The notes below the pieces were generated by a model that was not told where the DNA came from, did no database searches, and saw only the letters and a program-made list of their open reading frames with translations. This document shows positions 25,141 to 37,102 of a stretch of DNA of 64,000 nt, in pieces (position 1 is the stretch's first letter; each line of letters starts with the position of its first letter). Source of the stretch: Eutreptiella sp. 'Long Island Sound 2002' (lineage: Eukaryota; Protista; Euglenida); assembly GCA_964036045.1 (NCBI GenBank), contig OZ038379.1, positions 55,118,001-55,182,000 of the forward strand, in the 5' to 3' direction. The position numbers and the translations under genes were made by a program.

Positions 25141-25307
25141 CCGAAAAAAGTTGACTCCCTTGGTCCGACACCGGGGTCGTGATAGTTCCTAAACACTTAT
25201 TTTGACCCCCAAAACACCCCCCATAAGTGTGGTCCGTTTCTTTAGCGGTGCACTACCATGTCATTTGGCGAGGGGTTCCTAGGCCACCCTTCCTTGGCTG
25301 GACCCCA

Positions 25308-25985
25308 TACCGGGAAAGGAAGTCATTGCAACAGCTGCAACGACCTAGGTGTCGAGCCATAGTACAGACATTCTCCTTGTACCATGACTCGGTGGACTTG
25401 TAGTCTGTCAAAACAGTGACTTTACGCCCTCATGTCCAACTGTTGAACTTGAAGAGGCAAGACACCAGTGCGTAGGTCTCGTTTTACCCCACAGACAATG
25501 TCCTTTGCCCGGTAAACCCCAAGGCTTTGCCCTGGGGACCATATCGGATCTGGACTTCAGGTTTTGTTGATTATGAGGCTCAAGCAGCCCAGCTACCATC
25601 ACGCAAGAGCTGCTCCAACACACCCCCTATGCCAAAATCCGAGGCACCAACGTGAATCGCATATTGACCAGTGTCATTGGGGATATACAATGCACACTTC
25701 TCACACAGTGCCTCCTTGATTTTGGCGAAAATCTGCTCCATGATCTCAGTCCATTCAATGGAGCTGCGGTCGGTGCAGACCTTGCACTTGCCTCCCTCAG
25801 GCGCTCTCTCATACTTCCCTCTGAGGCTGGCCATCAGGGCTGCAGCCAGAAGAGCATACTGAGGTATGTAAATGGAATACCAATGAAATACTTCCAAAAA
25901 TCCCTTCATCTCCTTGGGGGTACGAGTCATGGCTTTAGCCCAGGCACGAACTGCAACTACTTTCTCGCGGGCAGAAGATCTTGGA
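25308..25985 (-). pseudogene. Ty3/Gypsy pol 5' part: RT connection and RNase H
   Basis: EKVVAV..PKEMKGFL..WYSIYIPQYA..IEWT..FAKIKEAL..YAIHVGASDFGIGGVLEQ..ETYALVSCLFKF..KVTVLTDYKS..DFLSRY, with in-frame stops. Confidence 0.9.
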
Positions 25986-28451
25986 GACCCTCGTAAAGCA
26001 GTACAAGGTGAAGGTGATTCTCCAGCCGGGGAAGCAGCCGGAAGTGGACCGAGAGGAGGGCATGCATTCGCCCCGGTCATGCTCTCCCCGCTCCTAGTCA
26101 AGGTGAGCGGGGTCATGGAGGTGCCGATTTGCAATGAAACCAATCTAGATGATGCACAATCGCCTTGGAGCATTGTGCAATAGCATTAGCACGCGATGGG
26201 TGGCCTGAAGCACCGCTTTTGAGGGTAAATGGCCATAATCAGCCCCCAAGAGCAGCTTTTTTGGCACCTTTCTTTAGTGTGTTTGATGCTATAGATTGCC
26301 TAGGCACCCTTGCGGTGATTTATACAGATGAATGGGAACCTGTGCGAGGCATTACCCCACACCCAACACCATTCAATCCCCTATTGGCACCAACACAGTG
26401 CGTGCCCGTGCCAGGGTAGGGTTAGCAAGGGTCACTTGTGGGTCCAAAAGAGGAGCAAAAAGAGTTTTCTCAAAGATGTTCTAGGACCACTTGGTGTGCC
26501 CAAACAAATTGATTCACGTTGTTTTCATTGATTCCTAGCCATGACAGCTAGCCCATGCAAGTCCCCCAAAAGCCGTAAAAGGGCCAAAAACGGCCACATT
26601 TTGGGTACGGGTGGGACAAGGGGGAGGCGTGTCTCTCCAGCAAGTGCACTGAGCAACGAAGGATTTTGGGAGGCGGGGGAGTATTGGGGACTATGGGGCA
26701 GGGGCTCTCAAGCGAGCCAAGCGAGCAAGCGGTGTGTTGGGGGGTATCATTGCCGCACTATGTAGGAGCTAGGCTCCTTTACATGTGTCCTTCAAGAGGT
26801 CTTTATCCGTCTTGGTTGGCTAGGGGTCACCTGCAAGTCAAAAAGTGGTCTAAAGTTATTTTTTCCGAATGTCCTCCAAGATCGCCCCAAGAAGTTGCTT
26901 TAGGTTGTCGTTTTTCACCGATATTAGCCCATGTATGTTCCCCTACCCTTGGTACACGCTAGAAGACCCAATCTCGTTCTAACCTACACGGCGGGAGAGG
27001 GCTAGAACGGAAAAAAGAGTTGGGTACCCGGGGGGGGGGGGGGGGTTTGAGGCTTGTAACCCAGACCCCCCTACCCGTCCTCGGGGGCCCATGGTTTTTT
27101 TTCACAATGTCACCGTTTTCACCTAATCTTGGAGTCTCAAAAATTTTCGTTCTAGCAACGTTCCAGCGACGTTCTAGCAAGCGCCGCTAGAGCGTCGCTA
27201 GAACAATGTATATGAGTGCTCCGCCACTCCTCAAAGAGAAGCTGCCCCGGCTACAATGGCCAGCCGTGGCCCATCGCAGGGTCGGAATGCTCAACCCGAC
27301 TCACGGAGTGCCATGTTCCCCCGGCCCAGCCCCCGGTTAGCCCTATTAGCCCCCCAGCCCCCCCAATAGGTTAGTTGGAAGGTCACTTGGCGGACGCGCC
27401 GGGTCACTTGGTGGTGGGTTGGCCCGATTAGCTCGATTAGCCTGATTAGCCGGCCCCCCTTTCGCGAGTCGCGACACGCTCGTTACCTCTCCTACATGGT
27501 GGGGGGTTGCCGGGGCGCATCCTTGCTCCCGGCACCCCCCTTCTCACCCCCCATGTCCCCTTCCTTCTCCCCCCCTCTTGTCACCCCCCATCTCACCCCC
27601 CTTGTCAGCCCCCTCCCCCTTGTCGTCACCCTCGTCCCCCTCGTCATCCCCGTCATCCGCGTCGTCCCCATCGTCTCCCACAAGGCCTCCCAGAGCTGGG
27701 CCTCCGCCTCCTCCCGGATGCGGAACAGGAGCTCCCCCGGCACCCGGAAGGGGCCCCCCTCTTTCTCTTGCTTCCTTTTCTTCCCCTTCTCCCCGCCCTC
27801 CCCATTGGACCCCTGCGACAGCACCAACCAGTCCCCTAGGTCCAACTCCTCATCCCAATCCCCCAAAACCGTCACTTGGACACTGACGGTCCCCCCATTG
27901 CCCCCCTTCGCTCAAGGGACATACCGGGTGTCCCCCACACCCGGCACATTACCATAGGGGTCCCGGCCCCCATTCTCCAAGGGGGGGCTTGGTGTTTGGT
28001 GGAGGGCTTGCCCTTGCCCTTGCCCTTGGCTTGGGCAAGGCCTTAGGCTTGGTCTGGGCTTCGGGGGGGAGGGGCTCTTCCTCGCTACTCTCGAAGTGGC
28101 AGGGCTTCTTCTTGGGGCCCTTGGGGGGCGTTTGGGTTTGGGGGTTTTGGCGGGGGGTGTCCTCTCACCGCTAGTGCCGCTGGTGTTGTTGTTGCTGCTG
28201 CTGCCGCTGCGGGTCTCTCCTCCCCCCTCCCCCACCCTCAACCAACCCTTGCGCTGCGGGTCCATGCCCCCCGTACTCCTTCCCGCCTCCCACCTACCCA
28301 GCCCGTACAACACCGAGAGGGCCAAGTTGGGGTCCTTCCCCATCATCCAGCCCAACCCGGTGTCCCCCACGAGGTGCGTCCGGCCTGCGGCATCGCGCCA
28401 CTCTACGTGCACCGCGCGGGCGTTGGCTCCACACGTCTGCATGCTCATAAC

Positions 28452-28606
28452 CTGAGAAGAGAAACAAGAGGCAAGGGTGTTCTAGCGGCGTTCTAGGCAA
28501 CTGCTCAAGCGGCGTTCTAGCGACCTTCTAGTGGCGGCGGCGGCGGCGGTTGCTAGATCAACGCTAGAATGGTTCCTAGATCAACGCTAGGACGCAGTCA
28601 ACATAC
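28452..28606 (-). other. Predicted GT-AG intron filled with TTCTAGCG repeats
   Basis: ACG|GTATGT...TTGTTTCTCTTCTCAG|GTT; splicing joins ORF 28598-28915 to ORF 27912-28448 in frame. Confidence 0.75.
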
Positions 28607-29921
28607 CGTGCCTTGCCGGTCAAGGGCGCGGGAGATGGCCCCTAGGTGCCTTGGTGAAGGCGTCCCGGGGGTTGGGGGGCTGCGGCTGCGGGGGTCCCCC
28701 AATTGCGGGGGTTGCGGGGACCTTGGGCTTGGGCTTGGGGCGGGAGGCGATGCCGTGCACCAATCCGGCATACGCCCCCCGGTTGGCCGGCGATGGGTCA
28801 AACCCCCCCATATCCATGATCGCCGACCACGTTGGCGTCTAGGTGCACATCCTTCCCGCAAGCTCCAACCCCCCCCAAACCATGCGCCTGCTACAAGATG
28901 GCGATGAATCGCCACTGGCTCGCCCCCCCCCCTTTCTCACCTCGGGGACGGAGGTGGCGTTGGGCCAAGTCAAACATCTTCACCCCCTTTTCCGAGGGGG
29001 GGCTCGCGTCCCTCCACTTCCGCCCAGGCAACTTTGGTTGCCACCACCACTCCCCTGGGACCCCCCCCACCCGCAGGGGCTTGTCCCGGTGGACGACCCC
29101 CTCCGAGTACACCCATACCCACCTGGCCTGTCCCAAAATCCTTTAATGCACCCGCTACCTCAAAAAACGGAGAGTCCAAACTGGACTCTCCGGGGGGACG
29201 AGGAGGGGGTGGTCGAGGTTTCGATGGTGGGGGCCAGCCAGGACGGCCGGGTCCCATGGCAGGTGCTGGATGGCCCCCCCCTCCTTCGTCCCCCAAAAAA
29301 CCCTCAACCATTGCCCTGCCCCCACCGCCTTCTCCTCCACCACCTTCTCCTCCACCTCGTCCTTTACCGTCTCCTCCACTATCTCCCCCACCTCCGCCTC
29401 CACCACCTCATCCTCCAGCTGCTCCTTCACCTTTGTCTCCGCCGCCACGATCCCCTCATTCCGCGTGACGCTCCTCTACACATGGAGGATGTTCTCCTCC
29501 CTCTCCTTCACCTTCTCCCTCGCCTTCCCGAGGCAGACGACGGCCCAAGCCTCCTGCTCCACATCCCCCTCGGCGCGCAACGCGTCCACCTTGGCCTCCT
29601 AGGCCACCACCTTCTCTTGGCCTTCGCCCCCTTCTGCGCCGTGAGGGAAGAGGAGAGACTTCGCAGCTCCCCCGGCAGCTCCTCCAGCTGCTTGTCCCCT
29701 TCCTCCGTGGCCGCCCTGGCCGACTTCTTGGCGGCCAACGGGTGAGGGGGTGGCAACGGTGGATGTTGGGCTTGGGGTTGGGGCTTGGGCTTGGGCTTGG
29801 GCTTGGCGAGGGGCGGTGTCTTGGGCTTGGCCTCGACTTCGGCCTTGGTCTTGGCCTCGGCCTCGGCCTTGGCGTTGGCCTCGGCCTGCTAGCGCATCAC
29901 CTCGGCCAGCAAGTCCGCGGT

Positions 29922-30077
29922 CTGACGTTGCTAATACAAAAATCGCAGCAGCGTTCTAGCGGCGTTCTGGGCAACTGTTCTAGCGGCGTTCTAGCGACGT
30001 TCTAGCGACCCATCGTGCCGCCTAGATCAACACTAGAACGCTTCCCTAGATCATCGCTAGAACGGACGACAAAATAC
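29922..30077 (-). other. Predicted GT-AG intron filled with TTCTAGCG repeats
   Basis: CAG|GTATTT...CAACGTCAG|ACC; splicing puts the ATG-30119 exon in frame with ORF 29508-29756. Confidence 0.7.
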
Positions 30078-30199
30078 CTGTTTCCAAATCTCCTCGATCG
30101 AATTTTGCGGGGCGGACATGTTGCTGATGCCGAAGAGTCCGTTCGACGGAAGCCTGCATGTGCCCCTGGCTCCTCCTCACCTCCATGGCACCCCTGCCC

Positions 30200-32170
30200 A
30201 AGCATGGCACTTGCGACCAGGGCCCCCCGTGCACAACCCACAACACGTCGACGTTTGCAAACAACCATGTCATACATTGTGCTTGCACACCGGCCTCCCT
30301 GTTGATGGCCGACCACTTACGACCTTCAACCTCGTTCTCCCCCTCCACCTTACAGCCCTCCCCCCCACGATTGCTATGCTCGTTAGGACCATGTTTCAGA
30401 AAGCGGTTGATGCTTTCTGAAATGTCACCCGAGAACATGGCCAAACCAAATGGCCAAATGTTGTGCAACATGGCATCTACATCCTGTTCCAGGCTCTGTA
30501 GATACCATGATGCTGTACCAACAGTAGGGTGCCGCCGGGAATCCCTTGCCACGGCGGCACAGTTCAATGGGTTAGGGGCTTGATATGTACAATAGAGGGC
30601 GTGCAGCAGGTCCCACATGTTCGCGATGGCCTTGTACGTAGCCGTGCTTTGCCTAATGCCGAGGCACCCGGCAATATCCAGCCATGCCTCAAAAAAATTG
30701 GCCGTTTCTTCCCCGTCCGGGGAAGCTGACCCGTAAACTTTGCAACCTACACGCCTCTCCGATAGGAGAACTTGCAGGTCTTGATGGAGCCAAGGGGTGA
30801 CCGCCCTAGCCTCCCGGTCGACAAACTCTCCCAACAAGAGGCCCATGGCCATTGTCAAGTGCAAAATGCACAGGACGACCCAGACACGTGGTAATTGCAA
30901 AATCCGCTGCGTACTACAGCCAGCGGCTTGCAAAGAAGGCGTCCCAAGGAGCAAGGCCGTGTAGTGGGCCTCCTCACCCTCCATGGTCCGCGGGATAGCA
31001 GTACCCTCCCAAGTCTCCTTTTGGGCATTCCATATCCCCTCATTGACCATGGAGCCCACTTGGGGGCTTGTGGACACTCCGATCACCCTTCGTGTCCACA
31101 GTTGATCCCCCCGAGGATCACCTTTGCCTCCACCTTGGAGGCCCCCCATTGGACGAGCCCCGTGTCGATGACTCTTGAAGCAGCTAAACACAAGACATGG
31201 GGGTTAGTTCATTGGGTTCTAGTCTAGTCTAGCCTAGCTTCTAGTGAGCGGTGTCCGAGGCTAAGTACATCAAAACTAGAACGAGTGACGGGCACTAGGT
31301 GAGAGGAGTACCTCCCAATTGCTCTTCCACAACGTCCCAAGGGTGTCCATGGCCTTGTTATCGCAATTGGCCACGCTCAACACCCAAAGGCCCGTGGGGG
31401 AGCGGGCCAAGCGGTCGAAGTTGGCCAAGGAGATGAGTTGGGTCCAATTTCCCCTGGCCACGGGGTAGGCATCCCCCCGGACGATGAACGTCACTGGGAA
31501 GTTGCAACTGATTGACGGCACCAAGCCTGGCCAGGAGAGGATATATTTGACCCATGAGGCGAAGGGCCATGAGATCCCGGTGGCCTTGGGCAACACCGTG
31601 GCAATGGGGGGATCCAATTCCATGGGGGCGAACAACTCCTTCCAACGGGCTTGGAAGTCCCGCTTAGTGCAAATTGGATGGGAGTAGGGGGCACCGGGGA
31701 CGGTGCGGTGGTACTCATAGTTATAGAGCATGTAGAGCTCCGAGAGGGTCCTTCACGAGGACTTGGGTGCCTTCATGTTGAGCACAAGTTCACACATGGC
31801 GGTAGGGGGGGGAAGGGAGGCGGCGTATGCCTCAACGGCGGCCTTGCATGCCTCACCCGTGGTTTGGGTAGAAGTGGCGTTGTTCACATAGTGGATGGCG
31901 TTGTTGAATTGCCGCCGTGCTCGGGGGCATGATAGCGCCCACGTGGCTAGGTAATGGCCCACCCGCTCATCCTTGAGGTTCAAAGCCCCACTCAAGTTCC
32001 GTAGTGCCTTAGACAAGAGGGAAGTATCCTTCCCGGTTTCGGAGGGAGCAAGGGGGAAAGGGGTGTTTCATGGCAAAGAAATGTGTAATATCTAAGTGTG
32101 AGGGAAGGGACCATGGCACAATGCACCATGGGCAATAGCAAGCATGCACGGCGGAACCATGAAGGACCTG
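30200..32170 (-). pseudogene. DDE transposase remnant B, Transib/RAG1-like (CMC supergroup)
   Basis: TFIVRGDAYP (D about 31472), ILGGDQ (D about 31106, frameshifted), VVLCILHLTMAMG, SWYLQSLEQDV (position of HxxxxH, His codons not retained), FGLAMFSGDISESINRFLKH (E about 30416). No clear CxxC. Confidence 0.72.
31184..31311 (-). other. Predicted GT-AG intron in transposase B containing CTAG repeats
   Basis: GAG|GTACTC...TCTTGTGTTTAG|CTG; interior ctagaagctaggctagactagactag; the downstream exon needs a 1-nt indel to stay in frame. Confidence 0.55.
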
Positions 32171-34904
32171 GCACATCTTGGTAGACATTATATCGTTCTA
32201 GTATGGATCTAATCTAGGCTAGAACATCTAGTCTAGATGTTTTAGGCTAGAACAAGATTGTGTCTTCTAGCGTGTACCAAGGGTAGCACCTTCAAAAGGC
32301 CCCCAAATGGCTAAAATGAGTGTTGAAAGTGATCTTGCATAAGTGCCACCGTCATTTGCTATTTTTGATTGCGATGTACTGCTTTAGGCACACTTACGAT
32401 GATTAACCATTATGAATGGGAATGTTTGCAAGCTATTCTTATAACACCAAAACCTACCGTGCACCACGCACAAGTTAGGGTGCTTGGAGTGCTCAAACAT
32501 GTATTTCACAGTTGTTTTGACCTGCAATTTCCCAAAAAGCCATGTCGGAATCCAAAATGGGGCAAAAAGGGTTCAAAAATGCATGCCCTTTTTGGGCATA
32601 ATTCGTGGTCTATCCGATATTCCCTCACCCACCAGCTTGGTCCTGATAGGTCAGTCTTGATTCGGTGTGGGGTCCCCGAGCTGGTGGAACAAGTAAGATT
32701 TCATTACCCACTTTAGGGTCTCGGGTGCAGCTTCCCGTTTTAGCCAGCAAGCAAGCAAGTGCGCAACCAGCATGCACGAAATTGGCAAAATTTAGAAAAC
32801 CATCGCGGCGGTTGGGATCCGGCCAAAGTTTTGGTGGTTGATGCCTATGAGTATGAGGTGAAGTACAATCGCACAAAGCGAGGTGGGCGGCTTGTTCGAA
32901 TTCCATACCCCCCCCCCCCCCGGGCTCTCCCCCCCTCCCCCTCGAGACCCCCCCAATTTTTCCAACCTGTCTTTCTGCAATTTGAGGTTTTGGGGCAAGG
33001 ATAGGCGCCAAAGGAGCCAAATTTTCTTTGCCCTTACTGAGGGGTTTTTCCCCCCATGTGTCTATACTCAAAATACTCTAAATTTTCTAGAGAAGTGAAA
33101 AATGTTTGAAAAATCAAAAACAATTGAACCCTGACCTGACCTCCAGGTCGGACCTTGGCTGATGGGAGCCTGGGCTAATGGGCAAATGTTTTCTGAAATT
33201 TTTTTGGCCCCATTTTTGTATGTTCAAAATGATCAACGCGTCACGGGGATCATTTTGAGGTATGTATGTTGGTGATCCGCTGACCCCCCCCTCTAGGGGG
33301 AGTCCGCCGGCTAACCGCGTAACCCACCTACTCCCCCCTCACCCCCCCCCCCGCCCCCTCCAGACCCGCAAATTTTTTGCACCCCGTTGGGGTCTCGAAT
33401 TTGAAACCCCCCCCCCCCCCTTGACACAAATTTCGAGCAAGAAACTCAACGGCAGCTGGAAACCACCGTTGTGGGTGACAAACCAAATTTCAAAATATGT
33501 CAGAAATGGCCAAACAAAAACATTTTTGCGGGGGAAATTCGGGTGCCTAGGATGTAGGTGGAGAGGGGCATTAGCATTTGGAACTGGCCGAAATGATGAA
33601 CAAACACCTTGGGGCATTGTGTCGTAGCAGTTGCCCGCAATTAGTGTAGATGCCTCTTGGGGGTAATAAGCTTGCAAATTGAGCCTCGAAAAGTGGATTT
33701 TTGCATAGCTTTTGGAGCTTGACCTTCCTTCGTTGCGTTTGGCTGCCATGTACTGCCTTGGACACTTTTGTGGTGATACACAATGATGAATGGGAACATT
33801 TGCAAGCTATTTCCACACCTCAAACACCCTTTCGAGGACCATTGGCACCGAGGAGTGGTGCATAACACGCACATGCAAGGGTAGGGTTCGCTGGGGCTCA
33901 CCTATGGATCAAAAAGGTATCCAAAATGATTTTGCCAACTTGTCCCGAGACCATTTGGGGTGCTGCTACAATTGGTTTTTAAGCCGTTTGGAGCTTTTTT
34001 TTTTAAACCCATATTAGCCCGTGCAACGTCCCAATACGCTTTTAAAAGGGCCCAAATGGGCCAAAATCAGCTTTGAACGTGATCCTGGAGAAGTGCCATC
34101 TTCCTTTGCTGCATATATTGTGTTGGGCACCTTGATGGTGATGAATACTGTTGAATGGGAATGTTTGCCAGCACCAACACCCTTCAATGCCCCATTGACA
34201 CCCATGAGTGGTGCGCTGCATACTTTCTAGGGTAGTGCTAGTGGAGTCGTGTGTGGGTCCAAAAATGGTTTAAGATGATGTTTTCCAAAGTTGTTTTTGC
34301 ACCAGGAGGGGTGCTGAAACTATTGGTTCAAGGCTATTTTGAGCCATGTGCAATCCATGTTACCCTATGCAAATTCCAAAAAAAAAAAAGCCTTGAACAT
34401 GACCATATTGGGACCAAAGAGGGACCAAAATAGGGACAGAAACGCATTTTTTCAAGTGCTCCAATAATTGGTGTTAAACCATTTTTAGCTATCTTTGAAC
34501 CATGTTTTCCCTTTTTGAGCCCATTTCGCTGGTGTACTTAATGTTCCCTCACCCACCAACTCAGTCCCGGTATTCAATTTTGATTAGGGTCATAGGATAT
34601 GCCGCAGTGGGATCACCCGATACTTGTCCCACCATAGTGGCCATGTTCAATGGCCGCCCTATTTTTCTGTCATTCCCCATGAATCAAATGTGCCATGCTT
34701 TGCTGCTGCTTTCTGCTACTCTCCGTGTCCATCACATTTCTCTCCCTTTGCAGTGCTGTGTTGCTTATTGTTGTATGCTCTTGCATCGTTTGTTTCTGTC
34801 CCATTGTTTCAGCAATTGAAGTGCCATGTGCACTATTATCGACGAATTTGCAAAGCGGTTTTGTCAAAAATTGATACACATGAATCATCTAGTATTCTTG
34901 CTTG

Positions 34905-37102
34905 TGCCAAGCCGGTAACAAATGGGGGCATGGCCGTTCGCCCGGAGCAATTTACGCTGTAAATTACGTAACATTTTGTAAATTCTTCGAAAAGTGGCGT
35001 AAATTCCTGTAAATTCTTGTAAATTCGGTGTAAAATACGGATTTTACATGATTTGCTTGCTATTGCCTGCACTTACAAATATTTTTGAACTAGATTTGTG
35101 TCCATTTTGGAATGTAAATTGTGTAAATGCCCCTTGCCTGTGTCAGAGTTAGCAGGGGCTATGTAGCCAATTCGCCGAATCCGGCATGACGAGTGAAAAT
35201 CCCTGCCTCGAGCTTGTTCCCGGCTCAAGAAGGAGGCATTCAGGGGCATTCTTTCTTTCCTTGCTTTCACGTGCTTTGCGTGCCATTCCGTGCACTTACA
35301 AACACTTGTGAACAAGATTTGTGTCCATTGTCGAATGCAAACTCTGTAGATGCCCGTTTTCTATGCCAGAAGAAATGAGGCCGAATCCGGCAAGACAAGT
35401 GAAGATCAATGTTGAGGCCGGTGAATTGAATGGTGCAAGCATCATCGAGACACATCCATGCCATCCGACCGCGATTGAAATTTTTGGGGCATGTTGCTGC
35501 TGATGTGCCCACGGAGGAGGCCAAACCCCTCTCCCAAGCCCCCTATTTTGCTCTTGCTTTGGACTCTTGCACTGATCGGTCAGCAAAGAAAGAAGAGATG
35601 CTCTATGTCCGATACCCCCTCCCCAATCATGTAGTGACACACTTTTTTTCACTACAAGCATAGGAGGCGGGGGGCATAAAGAGAGGCTACAAGGTGGCAT
35701 TTGAGCAAGCCGCCATCCCTTTGGAGGTTAGGGTCCGCCGGCTTGTTTGGCTTTGCACGGATGGGGCGCATGTCATGGTAGGAACAACTTCTGGCTTGGT
35801 TGGCCTCCTTCGTGCGCTATAGCAAGAGGTAACACGGCATGCTTACTTTGTAGCCATGCATGCCAACTGCCATTAGGCTAATTTGGCATTCAAGGATGCA
35901 TTGAAGGAGGCCCATGCATTTTTGGGCGTACTCAGCGACGGCCTGCACAAGTTGGCTGCATACTACAACTCTTCCCCTGCGCGTTTGAAGGGGTTGCGGG
36001 AGTTCGCTTCCGAACCGGGGGCTGCAATTTTGAAGTTTGGTAGATTGCAAGATCCTCGCTAGGCAACCTTTGCATACAGTGCGCTGCAAAGCATGCGACG
36101 GAGTTACCCGGTGGTGGTTTGTGCACTTCATTCAAAGAAGCCTAGAGACCCCGATGACCAGGTGAAGCAACAGGAAGTGTCGTATTGGATCACCGGTTAC
36201 ATGTTTGTGGCGTCACTACATTTCATGCTTGATGTCGTACGGGAGTGCGCGGGTACGTCGCAGATCATGCCGTTGGTGCGTAGCCCTCAAAGATACCTTT
36301 GTGGAGAAGTGCATAGAGGCACTGGAAAGAGCTAAGAGGCGGGAGGGCCCGGCGTGGACTGATTTTCAAAACGATTCCAAAAAAAAAACCCGACAACGTC
36401 CAAAAAAAATTTGTCCAGACCGAACGATTGACGCCATGGGGAAGTTCGGCAACAAAAAAACAATCGCAAGGCCCCCCAAAAAGAAAAAGAAAACAGGCCG
36501 AACAAAAAGGAGTAAAAAAAAAGTGAAGGAGACTCCAACGTCAACCAAGCGCCAAGTATCCATGCTCCTTTCCTAACCGTCAGCCAACAACCTTTAGCCC
36601 CTTCCCTTTTTTGGAATGCACCAAAAATTCAGTTGCCCAATTAGTAGTCTTTTTGAGGGACGGTACACAATTTTGACCCAAGTGCGGGTCCATGGTGCAT
36701 TCCCCAAACCCCAAGCCCCCCCCCCCCCCCCGCCCATCCCCCGGCAGCCCATGGGCAAACCCACCAAAAAAAAAAAACCTTGGCTGTCGGTATATTCAAG
36801 TACGTATCCACACACATTCTGTTCTAATCCAAACAATAAACCAATCATTGAAGCGGTGGGAAAACGCCACTTCCGGTCGCAAGACCGAAGCAACCAACCT
36901 TCAAAACACCGAGTTCCTGTGTTTTGAGTTTTTGAAGTTGGTTGAGCTGTTGATTCACACCGTCTATTCCGTGAATTTACACCATTACTTGGGAATTTAC
37001 GCCGTTTTGGGGAAAAAACCCATTTACACATTTACCCATTTACGGAACTTGGGGGCCGGGGCCCGAAAAGCCTGTAAACCCCCGTAAATTACCGGCTTGG
37101 CA
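34905..37102 (+). mobile_element. hAT-family DNA transposon, internally decayed
   Basis: 14-bp perfect TIR TGCCAAGCCGGTAA / TTACCGGCTTGGCA; subterminal GTAAATT repeats at about 34955-35050 and inverted AATTTAC at about 36970-37090; 8-bp TSD not recognisable. Confidence 0.8.
35190..36335 (+). pseudogene. hAT transposase remnant (DUF4371/ZNF862-like)
   Basis: YFALALDSCTDRSAKKEEMLYVRY, LCTDGAHVMVG, MHANCH*ANLA (CxxH motif), YYNSSPARL. Confidence 0.88.

Larger units (their letters stand above)
14419..25307 (-). mobile_element. Element A: 10,889-bp TIR DNA transposon with TA target duplication
   Basis: Left TIR TGGGGTGCAGCCAAGGAAGTATGGCCTAGGAACCCC (14419-14454) vs right TIR reverse complement TGGGGTCCAGCCAAGGAAGGGTGGCCTAGGAACCCC (25272-25307), 33/36 identical; TA at 14417-18 and 25308-09; removal restores Gypsy codons TCC CGG TAC AAC ATT (SRYNI). 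Confidence 0.93.
27492..30119 (-). pseudogene. Spliced accessory gene of element B (Ala/Lys/Pro-rich and acidic coiled coil)
   Basis: ATG at 30119 (MSAPQNSIEEIWKQ); phase-0 introns 29922-30077 and 28452-28606 join frames; AEAEAKTKAEVEAKPK, KVKEQLEDEVVEAEV; scattered stops and frameshifts. Confidence 0.65.
26946..32283 (-). mobile_element. Element B: 5,338-bp TIR DNA transposon with TA target duplication
   Basis: TIRs CCCTTGGTACACGCTAGAAGAC(C/A)CAATCT(C/T)GTTCTA (26946-26981 and 32248-32283), 34/36 identical; TA at 26944-45 and 32284-85; joined flanks align with an uninterrupted repeat copy at about 34011-34060. Confidence 0.93.

Noticed and set aside
14417-25309. Alternative reading of element A ends as GGGG..CCCC with an AT duplication (ISL2EU-like)
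   Set aside because: It leaves two extra bases in the Gypsy frame, whereas TA with TGGGG..CCCCA restores SRYNI. Not fully excluded without more copies.
27496-29745. Plus-strand Pro/Leu-rich ORFs (for example 28843-29745, 29034-29468)
   Set aside because: Antisense shadows of the G/A-rich minus-strand accessory gene of element B.
32716-33545. Separate MITE with GGGTCTCG ends
   Set aside because: Looks like an insertion in the host repeat, but I could not pair TIRs or find a TSD.
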